Below are positions 50,850 through 64,000 of a DNA stretch of 64,000 bases, piece after piece. The DNA lies in assembly GCA_026770705.1 (NCBI GenBank), contig JANJGN010000021.1, forward strand, positions 99,200,001 through 99,264,000, given 5' to 3'. Each line of letters begins with the position of its first letter. Positions within the stretch are counted from its first letter, which is position 1. A program made the translations under genes and the position numbers. Under the pieces are notes generated by a model. That model did no database searches and was not told the DNA's origin. It saw only the letters and a list, made by a program, of their open reading frames with translations. This stretch comes from Isurus oxyrinchus (Eukaryota).

Positions 50850-53800
50850 ATCGCCCAGCACTGAACTCTAGGTCACTCCACTCAGTCCATCGCACAGCTC
50901 TAACCCCAGGGACACTCCACTCAGTCCATCTCTCAGCACTGACCCCTGGGTCACTCCGCTCAGTCCATCGCCCAGCACTGACCCTGGGTCAGTCCGCTCA
51001 TTCCATTTCTCAGCACTGACCCCTGGGTAACTCTGCTCAGTCCATTTCTCAGCACTGACACCTGGGTCTCTCCACTCATTCCATCTCCCAGCACTGACCC
51101 CTGGGTCACTCCGCTCAGTCCATCGCCCAGCACTAACCCCTGGGTCACTCCGCTCATTCCATTTCTCAGCACTCACCCCTGGGTCACTCCACTCAGTCCA
51201 TTTCCCAGCATGGATGCCTGGGTTGCTCCATTCAGCCCATCTCCCAACATCTGACCCCAGCGTGAACCTCTCAGCCCATCTCCCAGCACTGTCCCCTGGG
51301 TCAGTCCACTCAGCCCATCTCCCAGCACTGACCCCATGGTTACTCCATTCAGACAATCTCCCAGCACTGACCCCTGGGTCACTCCATTCAGCCAATCACC
51401 CAGCAAGTACGCTTGGGTCACTCCATTCAGCCCATCTCCCAGCACTGGTGACTGGCTCACGCCACTCAGTCCATCTCCCAGCACTGACCTCTGGGTTGCT
51501 CCACTCAGCCCAACACCCAACATCTGACCCCAGGGTGAACATCTCAGTCCATCTCTCAGCACTGACCCCTGGGTTATTCCACTCAGCCCATCTCCCAGCA
51601 CTGATGACTGGCTCACGCCACTCAGTCCATCTCCCAGCACCGACCTCTGAGTCGCTCCACTCAGCCCAACACCCAACACCTGACCCCAGGGTGAACATCT
51701 CAGTCCATCTCTCAGCACTGACTCCTGTGTCACCCCACTCAGTCAATTTCCTAGCCCTGACGTCTGGGTCAATCCACTTAGCCCATCTCCCAGCACAGAC
51801 CCCTGGATCACTGCGCTTGTCCATCTCTCAACATTAACTCTCGGTGACTCCGCTCAGTCCATGTCTCAGCACTGACCCTGGGGTCACTTTCCTCAGTCCA
51901 TCTCCCAGCGCCGAACCCTGGGTCACTCCACTCAGTCCATTTCCAAGCACTGACGCCTGGATTACTCCACTCAGCCCATCGCCCAGGACTGACCCCTAGG
52001 TCACTCCACTCAGTCTATCTCTCAGCAGTGACCCCTGAGTCACTCAGCTCGGTCCAACTTCCAGCACTGACCCCTGGGTCACTCCACTCAGCCCATCTCC
52101 CAGCACTGACCACTGGGTCACTCCACTCAGTCCATTTCCAAGCACGGATGCCTGGGTTACTCCATTCAGCCCATCACCCAGCACTGACCACTGGGTCACT
52201 CCACTCAGCCCATCTCCCAGCACTGACCCCTGGGTCACTTCGCTCAGTCCATTTCCCAGCACTGAACCCTGGGTCTCTCCACTCAGTCCATCTCCCAGCA
52301 CTGATCCCTGGGTCGCTCCATTCAGCCCAACTCCCTACATGTGATTCCAGCGTGAACCTCTCAGTCCATCTCCCAACACTGACCTTTAGGTCACTCCACT
52401 CAGTCCATCGCCCAGCACTAACCCCTGGGTCACTCCGCGCTGTCCATCTCTCAGCACTGACCCCTGGGTCTCTCCACTCATTCCATCTCCCAGCACTGAT
52501 GCCTGGGTCAGTCCACTTAGTCCATTTCTCAGCACTGACCCCTGGGTGTCTCCACTCATTCCATCTCCCAGCACTGACGCCTGGGTCAGTCCACTCAGTC
52601 CATCTCCCAGCACTGACCCCTGGTTCATGTGACTCAATCTATCTCCCAGCACTGATCACTGGGTCACTCCACTCAGTCCATCTGCCAGCACTGATGCCTG
52701 GGTTACTCCATTCAGCTCATCTACCAGCACTGACCCTTGGGTCACTCCGCTCAGTCCATTTCTCAGCACTGACCCCTGGGACACTCCACTCAGTCCATTT
52801 CTCAGCACTGACGCCTGGGACACTCCATTCAGCCCATCTCCCAACATCTGAGCCAGCGTGAAGCTCTCAGTCCATCTCCCAGCACTGACCTCTAGGTCAG
52901 TCCACTCAGTCCATCTCCCAGGACTGACCCCTGGGTCTCTCCACTCAGTCCATCTCCCAGCACTGACCTCGGGTCACTCCACTCAGTCCATTTCCAAACA
53001 CTGACCCCTGGGACACTCCACTCTGTCCATTTCTCAGCACTGACGCCTAGGTTGGTCCATTCAGCCCATCTCCCAACATCTGACCCCGTGTGAATCTCTC
53101 AGTCCATCGCCCAGCACTGAACTCTAGGTCACTCCACTCAGTCCATCGCACAGCTCTAACCCCAGGGACACTCCACTCAGTCCATCTCTCAGCACTGACC
53201 CCTGGGTCACTCCGCTCAGTCCATCGCCCAGCACTGACCCTGGGTCAGTCCGCTCATTCCATTTCTCAGCACTGACCCCTGGGTAACTCTGCTCAGTCCA
53301 TTTCTCAGCACTGACACCTGGGTCTCTCCACTCATTCCATCTCCCAGCACTGACCCCTGGGTCACTCCGCTCAGTCCATCGCCCAGCACTAACCCCTGGG
53401 TCACTCCGCTCATTCCATTTCTCAGCACTCACCCCTGGGTCACTCCACTCAGTCCATTTCCCAGCATGGATGCCTGGGTTGCTCCATTCAGCCCATCTCC
53501 CAACATCTGACCCCAGCGTGAACCTCTCAGCCCATCTCCCAGCACTGTCCCCTGGGTCAGTCCACTCAGCCCATCTCCCAGCACTGACCCCATGGTTACT
53601 CCATTCAGACAATCTCCCAGCACTGACCCCTGGGTCACTCCATTCAGCCAATCACCCAGCAAGTACGCTTGGGTCACTCCATTCAGCCCATCTCCCAGCA
53701 CTGGTGACTGGCTCACGCCACTCAGTCCATCTCCCAGCACTGACCTCTGGGTTGCTCCACTCAGCCCAACACCCAACATCTGACCCCAGGGTGAACATCT

Positions 53801-55220
53801 CAGTCCATCTCTCAGCACTGACCCCTGGGTTATTCCACTCAGCCCATCTCCCAGCACTGATGACTGGCTCACGCCACTCAGTCCATCTCCCAGCACTGAC
53901 CTCTGGGTCGCTCCACTCAGCCCAACACCCAACACCTGACCCCAGGGTGAACATCTCAGTCCATCTCTCAGCACTGACTCCTGTGTCACCCCACTCAGTC
54001 AATTTCCTAGCCCTGACGTCTGGGTCAATCCACTCAGCCCATCTCCCAGCACAGACCCCTGGATCACTGCGCTTGTCCATCTCTCAACATTAACTCTCGG
54101 TGACTCCGCTCAGTCCATGTCTCAGCACTGACCCTGGGGTCACTTTCCTCAGTCCATCTCCCAGCGCCGAACCCTGGGTCACTCCACTCAGTCCATTTCC
54201 AAGCACTGACGCCTGGATTACTCCACTCAGCCCATCGCCCAGGACTGACCCCTAGGTCACTCCACTCAGTCTATCTCTCAGCAGTGACCCCTGAGTCACT
54301 CAGCTCGGTCCAACTTCCAGCACTGACCCCTGGGTCACTCCACTCAGCCCATCTCCCAGCACTGACCACTGGGTCACTCCACTCAGTCCATTTCCAAGCA
54401 CGGATGCCTGGGTTACTCCATTCAGCCCATCACCCAGCACTGACCACTGGGTCACTCCACTCAGCCCATCTCCCAGCACTGACCCCTGGGTCACTTCGCT
54501 CAGTCCATTTCCCAGCACTGAACCCTGGGTCTCTCCACTCAGTCCATCTCCCAGCACTGATCCCTGGGTCGCTCCATTCAGCCCAACTCTCTACATGTGA
54601 TTCCAGCGTGAACCTCTCAGTCCATCTCCCAACACTGACCTTTAGGTCACTCCACTCAGTCCATCGCCCAGCACTAACCCCTGGGTCACTCCGCGCTGTC
54701 CATCTCTCAGCACTGACCCCTGGGTCTCTCCACTCATTCCATCTCCCAGCACTGATGCCTGGGTCAGTCCACTTAGTCCATTTCTCAGCACTGACCCCTG
54801 GGTGTCTCCACTCATTCCATCTCCCAGCACTGACGCCTGGGTCAGTCCACTCAGTCCATCTCCCAGCACTGACCCCTGGTTCATGTGACTCAATCTATCT
54901 CCCAGCACTGATCACTGGGTCACTCCACTCAGTCCATCTGCCAGCACTGATGCCTGGGTTACTCCATTCAGCTCATCTACCAGCACTGACCCTTGGGTCA
55001 CTCCGCTCAGTCCATTTCTCAGCACTGACCCCTGGGACACTCCACTCAGTCCATTTCTCAGCACTGACGCCTGGGACACTCCATTCAGCCCATCTCCCAA
55101 CATCTGAGCCAGCGTGAAGCTCTCAGTCCATCTCCCAGCACTGACCTCTAGGTCAGTCCACTCAGTCCATCTCCCAGGACTGACCCCTGGGTCTCTCCAC
55201 TCAGTCCATCTCCCAGCACT
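50850..55220. repeat. 2256-bp tandem higher-order duplication within the satellite, with a further partial copy near 57.8-59.0 kb
   Basis: ORF pairs 50868/53124, 51173/53429, 52028/54284 and 52656/54912 (offset 2256), plus 50868/57908 (offset 7040). Confidence 0.9.
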
Positions 55221-58200
55221 GACCTCGAGGTCACTCCACTCAGTCCATCTCCAAGCACTGACCCCTGGGTCACTGCGCTGAGTCCATCTCTCAACATTAT
55301 CCCACTGTGTCTCCGCACTAGTCCATGTCTCAGCACTGACCGCTGGGTCACTCTACTCAGCCCATCGCTCAGCACTGACCCCTGGGTCACTCCGCTCAGT
55401 CCAGCTCTCAGCATTGACCCCTGGGTCACTCCACTCAGTCCATGTCTCAGCACTGATCCCTGGGTCACTCCACTCAGCGCATCTCCCAGCATGACCCCTG
55501 GCTCACGTGACTCAGTCCATTTCCCAGCACTGACCACTGGGTCACTCGGCTCAGTCCATTTCTCAGCACCGACCCCTGGGTAACTCCACTCAGTCCATCT
55601 CCAAGTACTGACCCCTGGGTCACTCCACTCAGTCCATTACCAAGCACTGACCCCTGGGTCGCTGCATTCAGCCCAACTCCCAACATCTGACCCCAACGTG
55701 AACCTCTCAGCCCATCTCCCAGCACTGACCCCTGGGTCACTCCACTCAGCCCAACTCCCAGCACTGACCCCATGGTTACTCCATTCAGACAATCTCCCAG
55801 CACTGACCCCTGGGTCACTCCATTCAGCCAATCACCCAGCAAGGACGTTTGGGTCACTCCACTCAGCCCATCTCCCAGCACTGATCACTGGCTCACGCCA
55901 CTCAGTCCATCTCCCAGCACTGACCTCTGGGTCGCTCCACTCAGCCCAACACCCAACACCTGACCCCAGGGTGAACATCTCAGTCCATCTCTCAGCACTG
56001 ACCCCTGGGTTATTCCACTCAGCCCATCTCCCAGCACTGATGACTGGCTCACGCCACTCAGTCCATCTCCCAGCACTGACCTCTGGGTCGCTCCACTCAG
56101 CCCAACACCCAACACCTGACCCCAGGGTGAACATCTCAGTCCATCCTCAGCACTGACTCCTGTGTCACCCCACTCAGTCAATTTCCTAGCCCTGACGTCT
56201 GGGTCAATCCACTCAGCCCATCTCCCAGCACAGACCCCTGGATCACTGCGCTTGTCCATCTCTCAACATTAACTCTCGGTGACTCCGCTCAGTCCATGTC
56301 TCAGCACTGACCCTGGGGTCACTTTCCTCAGTCCATCTCCCAGCGCCGAACCCTGGGTCACTCCACTCAGTCCATTTCCAAGCACTGACGCCTGGATTAC
56401 TCCACTCAGCCCATCGCCCAGGACTGACCCCTAGGTCACTCCATTCAGTCTATCTCTCAGCAGTGACCCCTGAGTCACTCAGCTCGGTCCAACTTCCAGC
56501 ACTGACCCCTGGGTCACTCCACTCAGCCCATCTCCCAGCACTGACCACTGGGTCACTCCACTCAGTCCATTTCCAAGCACGGATGCCTGGGTTACTCCAT
56601 TCAGCCCATCACCCAGCACTGACCACTGGGTCACTCCACTCAGCCCATCTCCCAGCACTGACCCTTGGGTCACTCCGCTCAGTCCATTTCTCAGCACTGA
56701 CCCCTGGGACACTCCACTCAGTCCATTTCTCAGCACTGACGCCTGGGACACTCCATTCAGCCCATCTCCCAACATCTGAGCCAGCGTGAAGCTCTCAGTC
56801 CATCTCCCAGCACTGACCTCTAGGTCAGTCCACTCAGTCCATCTCCCAGGACTGACCCCTGGGTCTCTCCACTCAGTCCATCTCCCAGCACTGACCCCAG
56901 GTCACTCCACTCAGTCCATTTCTAAACACTGACCCCTGGGACACTCCACTCAGTCCATTTCTCAGCACTGACGCCTGGGTTGGTCCATTCAGCCCATCTC
57001 CCAACATCTGACCCCAGTGTGAATCTCTCAGTCCATCGCCCAGCACTGAACTCTAGGTCACTCCACTCAGTCCATCGCACAGCTCTAACCCCAGGGACAC
57101 TCCACTCAGTCCATCTCTCAGCACTGACCCCTGGGTCACTCCGCTCAGTCCATCGCCCAGCACTGACCCTGGGTCAGTCCGCTCATTCCATTTCTCAGCA
57201 CTGACCCCTGGGTAACTCTGCTCAGTCCATTTCTCAGCACTGACACCTGGGTCTCTCCACTCATTCCATCTCCCAGCACTGACCCCTGGGTCACTCCGCT
57301 CAGTCCATCGCCCAGCACTAACCCCTGGGTCATCCGCTCATTCCATTTCTCAGCACTCACCCCTGGGTCACTCCACTCAGTCCATTTCCCAGCATGGATG
57401 CCTGGGTTGCTCCATTCAGCTCACCTCCCAACATCTGACCCCAGCGTGAACCTCTCAGCCCATCTCCCAGCACTGTCCCCTGGGTCAGTCCACTCAGCCC
57501 ATCTCCCAGCACTGACCCCTGGGTCACTCCACTCAGCGCATCTCACAGCTCTGACCCCTGGGTCACTCCACTCAGTCCAGCTCTCAGCTCTGACCCCTGG
57601 GTCACTCCACTCAGCCCATCGCCCAGCACTAACCCCTGGGTCACTCCACTCAGCCGATCTCGCAGCACTGAACCCTCGGTCACTCCACTCTGTCCATCAC
57701 ACAGCAATGACGCCTGGGTCACACCACTCAGTCCATCTCCCAGCACTGACCTCGGGTCACTCCACTCAGTCCATTTCCAAACACTGACCCCTGGGACACT
57801 CCACTCAGTCCATTTCTCAGCACTGACGCCTGGGTTGGTCCATTCAGCCCATCTCCCAACATCTGACCCCAGTGTGAATCTCTCAGTCCATCGCCCAGCA
57901 CTGAACTCTAGGTCACTCCACTCAGTCCATCGCACAGCTCTAACCCCAGGGACACTCCACTCAGTCCATCTCTCAGCACTGACCCCTGGGTCACTCCGCT
58001 CAGTCCATTGCCCAGCACTGACCCTGGGTCAGTCCGCTCATTCCATTTCTCAGCACTGACCCCTGGGTAACTCTGCTCAGTCCATTTCTCAGCACTGACA
58101 CCTGGGTCTCTCCACTCATTCCATCTCCCAGCACTGACCCCTGGGTCACTCCGCTCAGTCCATCGCCCAGCACTAACCCCTGGGTCACTCCGCTCATTCC

Positions 58201-61200
58201 ATTTCTCAGCACTCACCCCTGGGTCACTCCACTCAGTCCATTTCCCAGCATGGATGCCTGGGTTGCTCCATTCAGCCCATCTCCCAACATCTGACCCCAG
58301 CGTGAACCTCTCAGCCCATCTCCCAGCACTGTCCCCTGGGTCAGTCCACTCAGCCCATCTCCCAGCACTGACCCCATGGTTACTCCATTCAGACAATCTC
58401 CCAGCACTGACCCCTGGGTCACTCCATTCAGCCAATCACCCAGCAAGTACGCTTGGGTCACTCCATTCAGCCCATCTCCCAGCACTGGTGACTGGCTCAC
58501 GCCACTCAGTCCATCTCCCAGCACTGACCTCTGGGTTGCTCCACTCAGCCCAACACCCAACATCTGACCCCAGGGTGAACATCTCAGTCCATCTCTCAGC
58601 ACTGACCCCTGGGTTATTCCACTCAGCCCATCTCCCAGCACTGATGACTGGCTCACGCCACTCAGTCCATCTCCCAGCACTGACCTCTGGGTCGCTCCAC
58701 TCAGCCCAACACCCAACACCTGACCCCAGGGTGAACATCTCAGTCCATCTCTCAGCACTGACTCCTGTGTCACCCCACTCAGTCAATTTCCTAGCCCTGA
58801 CGTCTGGGTCAATCCACTCAGCCCATCTCCCAGCACAGACCCCTGGATCACTGCGCTTGTCCATCTCTCAACATTAACTCTCGGTGACTCCGCTCAGTCC
58901 ATGTCTCAGCACTGACCCTGGGGTCACTTTCCTCAGTCCATCTCCCAGCGCCGAACCCTGGGTCACTCCACTCAGTCCATTTCCAAGCACTGACGCCTGG
59001 ATTACTCCACTCAGCCCATCGCCCAGCACTAACCCCTGGGTCGCTCCATTCAGCCCAACTCCCTACATGTGATTCCAGCGTGAACCTCTCAGTCCATCTC
59101 CCAACACTGACCTTTAGGTCACTCCACTCAGTCCATCGCCCAGCACTAACCCCTGGGTCACTCTGCGCTGTCCATCTCTCAGCACTGACCCCTGGGTCTC
59201 TCCACTCATTCCATCTCCCAGCACTGATGCCTGGGTCAGTCCACTTAGTCCATTTCTCAGCACTGACCCCTGGGTCTCTCCACTCATTCCATCTCCCAGC
59301 ACTGACGCCTGGGTCAGTCCACTCAGTCCATCTCCCAGCACTGACCCCTGGGTCACTCCTCTCAGCCCATCTCCCAGCACTGACCCCATGGACACTCCAT
59401 TCAGCCAATCTCCCAACACTGACCCCTGGGTCACTCCACTCAGCCCATCTCCCAGCATTGACCCCATGGTCACTCCATTCAGCCCATCGCCCAGCACTGA
59501 CCTCTGGTTCACTCTGCTCCATCCATTTCTCAGCACTGACCCCTGGGTAACTCCACTCAGTCCATCTCCCAGCAGTGACCACTGGCTCACGCCACTCAGT
59601 CCGTCTCCCAGTACTGATCACTGGGTCACTCCACTCAGCCCATCGCCAAGCACTGACCCCTGGGTCACTACACTCAGCCCATCAGCCAGCACTGACCTCT
59701 GGGTCGCTCCACTCAGCACAAATCCCAACATCTGACCCCAGGATGAACATCTCAGTCCATCTCTCAGCACTGTCCCATGGGTCACTCCACTCAGTCCATC
59801 TTGCAGCACTGACCCCTAGGTCCCTCCACTCAGTACATCACCCATCACTGACCCCTGGGTCACAGCGCTCAGTTTATCTCTCAGCATTAACCCTGGGTGA
59901 CTCCGCTCAGTCCATCTGTCAGCACCGAGCCCTAGATCACTCCACCCAGCCCATCGCCCAGCATTAACCCCTGGGTCACTCCACTCAGACCATTTCCCAG
60001 CATGGATGCCTGGGTTGCTCCATTCAGCTCAACTCCCAACATCTGACCCCAGCGTGAACCTCTCAGCCCATCTCCCAGCACTGTCCCCTGGGTCAGTCCA
60101 CTCAGCCCATCTCCCAGCACTGACCCCATGGTCACTCCACTCAGCGCATCTCACAGCTCTGACCCCTGGGTCACTCCACTCAGTCCAGCTCTCAGCTCTG
60201 ACCTCTGGGTCACTCCACTCAGCCCATCGCCCAGCACTAACCCCTGGGTCACTCCACTCAGCCGATCTCGCAGCACTGAACCCTCGGTCACTCCACTCTG
60301 TCCATCACACAGCACGGACCCCTGGGTCACTCCACTCTGCCCATCACCCAGCAATGACGCCTGGGTCACTCCACTCAATCCATCTCCCAGCACTGACCGC
60401 TGGGTCGCTCCACTCAGTCCATCTCCCAGCACTGAACCCTGGGTTACTCCACTCAGTCCATCTCCCAGCACTGACCCCTGGGTTACTCCACTCAGTCCAT
60501 CTCCCAGCATTGACACCTGGGTCACTCCACTCAGTCCATCTCCCAGCACTGATCCCTGGGTCGCTCCATCCAGCCGAACTCCCAACATCTCATCCCAGCA
60601 TGAACCACTCAGTCCATCTCCCAACACTGACCTTTAGGTCACTCCACTCAGTCCATCCCACAGCACTGACCACTGGGTCACTTCACTCAGTCCATCTACC
60701 AACACTGACCTCGAGGTCACTCCACTCAGTCCATCTCCAAGCACTGACCCCTGGGTCATTGCGCTGAGTCCATCTCTCAACATTATCCCACTGTGACTCC
60801 GCACTAGTCCATGTCTCAGCACTGACCGCTGGGTCACTCTACTCAGCCCATCGCTCAGCAATGACCCCTGGGTCACTCCGCTCAGTCCAGCTCTCAGCAT
60901 TGACCCCTGGGTCACTCCACTCAGTCCATGTCTCAGCACTGACCCCTGGGTCACACCACTCAGCGCATCTCCCAGCATGACCTCTGGCTCACGTGACTCA
61001 GTCCATCTCCCAGCACTGACCCCTGGGTAACTCCACTCAGTCCATCTCCAAGCACTGACCCCTGGGTCACTCCACTCAGTCCATTACCAAGCACTGACGC
61101 CTGGGTCACTCCACTCAGTCCAATACCAAGCACAGACCCCTGGGTCACTGCGCTCAGTCCATCTCCCAGCACTGACCACTGGATCAATCCACTCAGCCCA

Positions 61201-64000
61201 TCTCCCAGCACAGACCGTTGGGTCACTGTGCTTAGTCCATCTCCCAGCACTGACCCCTGGGTCGCTCGATTCAGCCCAACTCCCAACATCTGATCCCAGC
61301 GTGAACCTCTCAGTCCATCTCCCAACACAAACCTCCAGGTCACTCTACTCAGTCCATTTCCAAGCACTAACCCCGGGACACTCCGCTTAGTCCATCTCTC
61401 AGCACTGACCCGTGGGTCACTCCACTCAGCCCATCACCCAGCAATGACGCCTGGGTCACTCCACTCAGCCCAAATCCCAACATCTGATCCCAGGTGAACA
61501 TCTCAGTCCATCTCTCAGCACTGTCCCCTGGGTCACTCCACTCAGTCCATCTCCCAGCACTGACCACTGTGTCACTGCGCTCTGCCCATCTCCCAGCACT
61601 GACCCCTGGGTCAATCCACTCAGCCCATCTCCCGCACAGACCGCTGGGTCACTGTGCTCAGTCCATCTCCCAGCACTGACCACTGGATCAATCCACTCAG
61701 CCCATCTCCCAGCACAGACCGTTGGGTCACTGTGCTTAGTCCATCTCCCAGCACTGACCCCTGGGTCGCTCCATTCAGCCCAACTCCCAACATCTGATCC
61801 CAGCGTGAACCTCTCAGTCCATCTCCCAACACAAACCTCCAGGTCACTCTACTCTGTCCATTTCCAAGCACTAACCCCGGGACACTCCGCTCAGTCCATC
61901 TCTCAGCACTGACCCGTGGGTCACTCCACTCAGCCCATCACACAGCAATGACTCCTGGGTCACTCCACTCAGCCCAAATCCCAACATCTGAACTCAGGTG
62001 AACATCTCAGTCCATCTCTCAGCACTGACCTCTGGGTCACTCCACTCAGTCCATCTCCCAGGACTGACCACTGGGTCACTGCGCTCAGCCCATCTCCCAG
62101 CACTGACCCCTGGGTCACTGCGCTCAGTCCATCTCCCAGCACTGACCACTGGGTCAATCCACTCAGCCCATCTCCCGCACAGACCGCTGGGTCACTGTGC
62201 TCAGTCCATCTCCCAACACTGACCCCTGTGTCGCTCCATTCAGCCCAACTCCAAACATCTGATCCCAGCGTGAACCTCTCAGTCCATCTCCCAACACTAA
62301 CCCCTGAGTCACTTCACTCAGCCCATCTCCCAACACTGAAACCTGGGACACTCCACTCAGTCCATCACCCAGCACTGACCCCTGGGTAATTCCACTCAGT
62401 CCATTTCTCAGCACTGACCCCTGGGTAACTCCACTCAGTCCATCTCCCAGCACAGACCCCTGCCACTCTTCAATCATTCCGTCTGCCACTGCTGACCCAT
62501 GGGTCACTCCACTCAGTCCATCTCCCAGCACAGACTCTTGGGTCACTCCGCTCAGTTCATCTCCCAACATTGACCTGTGGGTCACTCTATTCAGTCCATC
62601 TCCCAGCACTGACCACTGGGTCATTCCGCACAGTCCATCTCCCAGCACTGACCACTGGGTCACTGCGCTCAGTCCATCTCCCAGCACTTACCACTGGGTC
62701 AATCCACTCAGCCTATCTCCCAGCACAGACCGCTGGGTCACTCCGCTCAGTCCATCTCCCACCACTGACCACTGGGTCAATCCACTCAGCCCATCTCCCA
62801 GCACAGACCCCTGGGTCACTGCGCTTAGTCCATCTCCCAGCACTGACCACTGGATCAATCCACTCAGCCCATCTCGCAGCACAGACCGTGGGTCACTGTG
62901 CTCAGTCCATCTCCCAGCACTGACTCCTGGGTCGCTCCATTCAGCCCAACTGCCAACATCTGATCCCAGCGTGAACCTCTCAGTCTATCTCCCAACACTA
63001 ACCTCCAGGTCACTCCTCTCAGTCCATTTCCAAGCACTAACCCCGGGACACTCCGCTCAGTCCATCTCTCAGCACTGACCCGTGGTTCACTCCACTCAGC
63101 CCATCACCCAGCAATGACGCCTGGGTCACTCCACTCAGTCAATCTCCCAGCACTGACCCCTGGGTCACTCCACTCAGCCCAAATCCCAACATTTGATCCC
63201 AGGTGAACATCTCAGTCCATCTCTCAGCACTTACCCCTGGGTCACTCCACTCAGTCCATCTCCCAGCACTGAACCCTGGATCACTCCACTCAGTCCATGT
63301 CTCAGCACTGACCCCTTGGTCACTCCACTCATTCTATCTCCCAGCGCTGAACCCTGGATCACTCCACTCAGTCCATTTCCCAGCACTGATGCCTGGGTCA
63401 CTCCACTCAGCCCATCGCCCAGCACTGACCACTGGGTCACTCCACTCAGTCTATCTCTAAGCGGTTACCCCTGGGTCACTCCACTCAGTCCATTTCCCAG
63501 CACTGACACCTGGGTCACTCCACGCAGTCCATCTCCCAGCACTGACCGCTGGGTCGCTCCATCCAGCCGAACTCCCAACATCTGATCCCAGCATGAACCT
63601 CTCAGTCCATCTCCCAACACTGACCTCTAGATCACTCCACTCAGTCCATCTGCGAGCAGTGATGCCTGGGTTACTCCATTCAGCTCATCTACCAGCACTG
63701 ACCCTTGGGTCACTCCGCTCAGTCCATTTCTCAGCACTGACCCCTGAGTCACTCCACTCAGTCCATTACCAAGCACTGATGCCTGGGTCACTCCACTCAG
63801 TCCATTACCAAGCACTGACCCCTGGGTCGCTGCATTCAGCCCAACTCCCAACATCTGAACCCCGCGTGAACCTCTCAGTCCATCTACCAACACTGACCTC
63901 GAGGTCACTCCACTCAGCCCATCGCCCAGCAAGAACCCTCGGTCACTCCACTCAGTTCATCTCCCAGCACTGACCCCTGAGTCACTCCACTAAGTCGATT

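Larger units (their letters stand above)
26020..64000. repeat. 39-bp satellite array (~970 monomer lengths; consensus CAGCACTGACCCCTGGGTCACTCCACTCAGTCCATCTCC) filling intron 2 and continuing past the window end
   Basis: Continuous periodicity, 13-aa periodic ORFs on both strands, and no unique sequence seen by eye. Confidence 0.98.

Noticed and set aside
26009-63973. Hundreds of Pro/Ser/Thr- or Gly/Ser-rich ORFs (WVTPLSPSPSTDP, TPGSLHSVHLPAL, GSVLGDGLSGVTQ) suggesting a mucin, adhesin or ice-nucleation-like protein or a mucin stalk for the MHC molecule
   Set aside because: The 39-bp unit is a multiple of 3, so several frames on both strands stay open by default. Frequent indels and stops switch frames, no frame is preferentially preserved, and the array lies after a canonical splice donor.
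26020-64000. Immunoglobulin switch-like region or V(D)J RSS array
   Set aside because: The sense strand is C-rich rather than G-rich, AGCT is not part of the consensus, and the scattered CACTGTG heptamers have no nonamer partners. No V/J segments are seen.

Overview
Eukaryotic (vertebrate) genomic DNA, most likely a cartilaginous fish; this is inferred from the repeat families and the MHC exon style and cannot be proven from the sequence alone. The core of the window is the 5' part of an apparently intact non-classical MHC class I gene on the + strand. It has an ISRE/X1-X2/Y/CCAAT promoter (~21160-21280), a leader exon (21428-21479) and an alpha-1 exon (25727-25987). Its second intron is filled by >38 kb of a 39-bp satellite with kb-scale higher-order duplications that runs off the window end. 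Upstream, on the - strand, lie relics of a head-to-head paralogue: an inverted intron-1 copy and an alpha-1 pseudo-exon with a dead donor caught in a 124-bp inverted repeat. The remainder is nested retroelements. These include a decayed LTR retrovirus-like element (tRNA-Asn PBS, coiled-coil/Gag, UGA-CGG gag-pro junction, tether plus second RNase H; lokiretrovirus-like) and several Penelope-like elements (PLEs) with hammerhead-like tails, one of them a 3.1-kb palindromic insertion with a 13-bp TSD. There is also a CR1/L2-type LINE with a tRNA-like head whose endonuclease gene spawned a 31-bp minisatellite, and a deleted Gypsy element. Nearly all ORFs after 26 kb are satellite artefacts.
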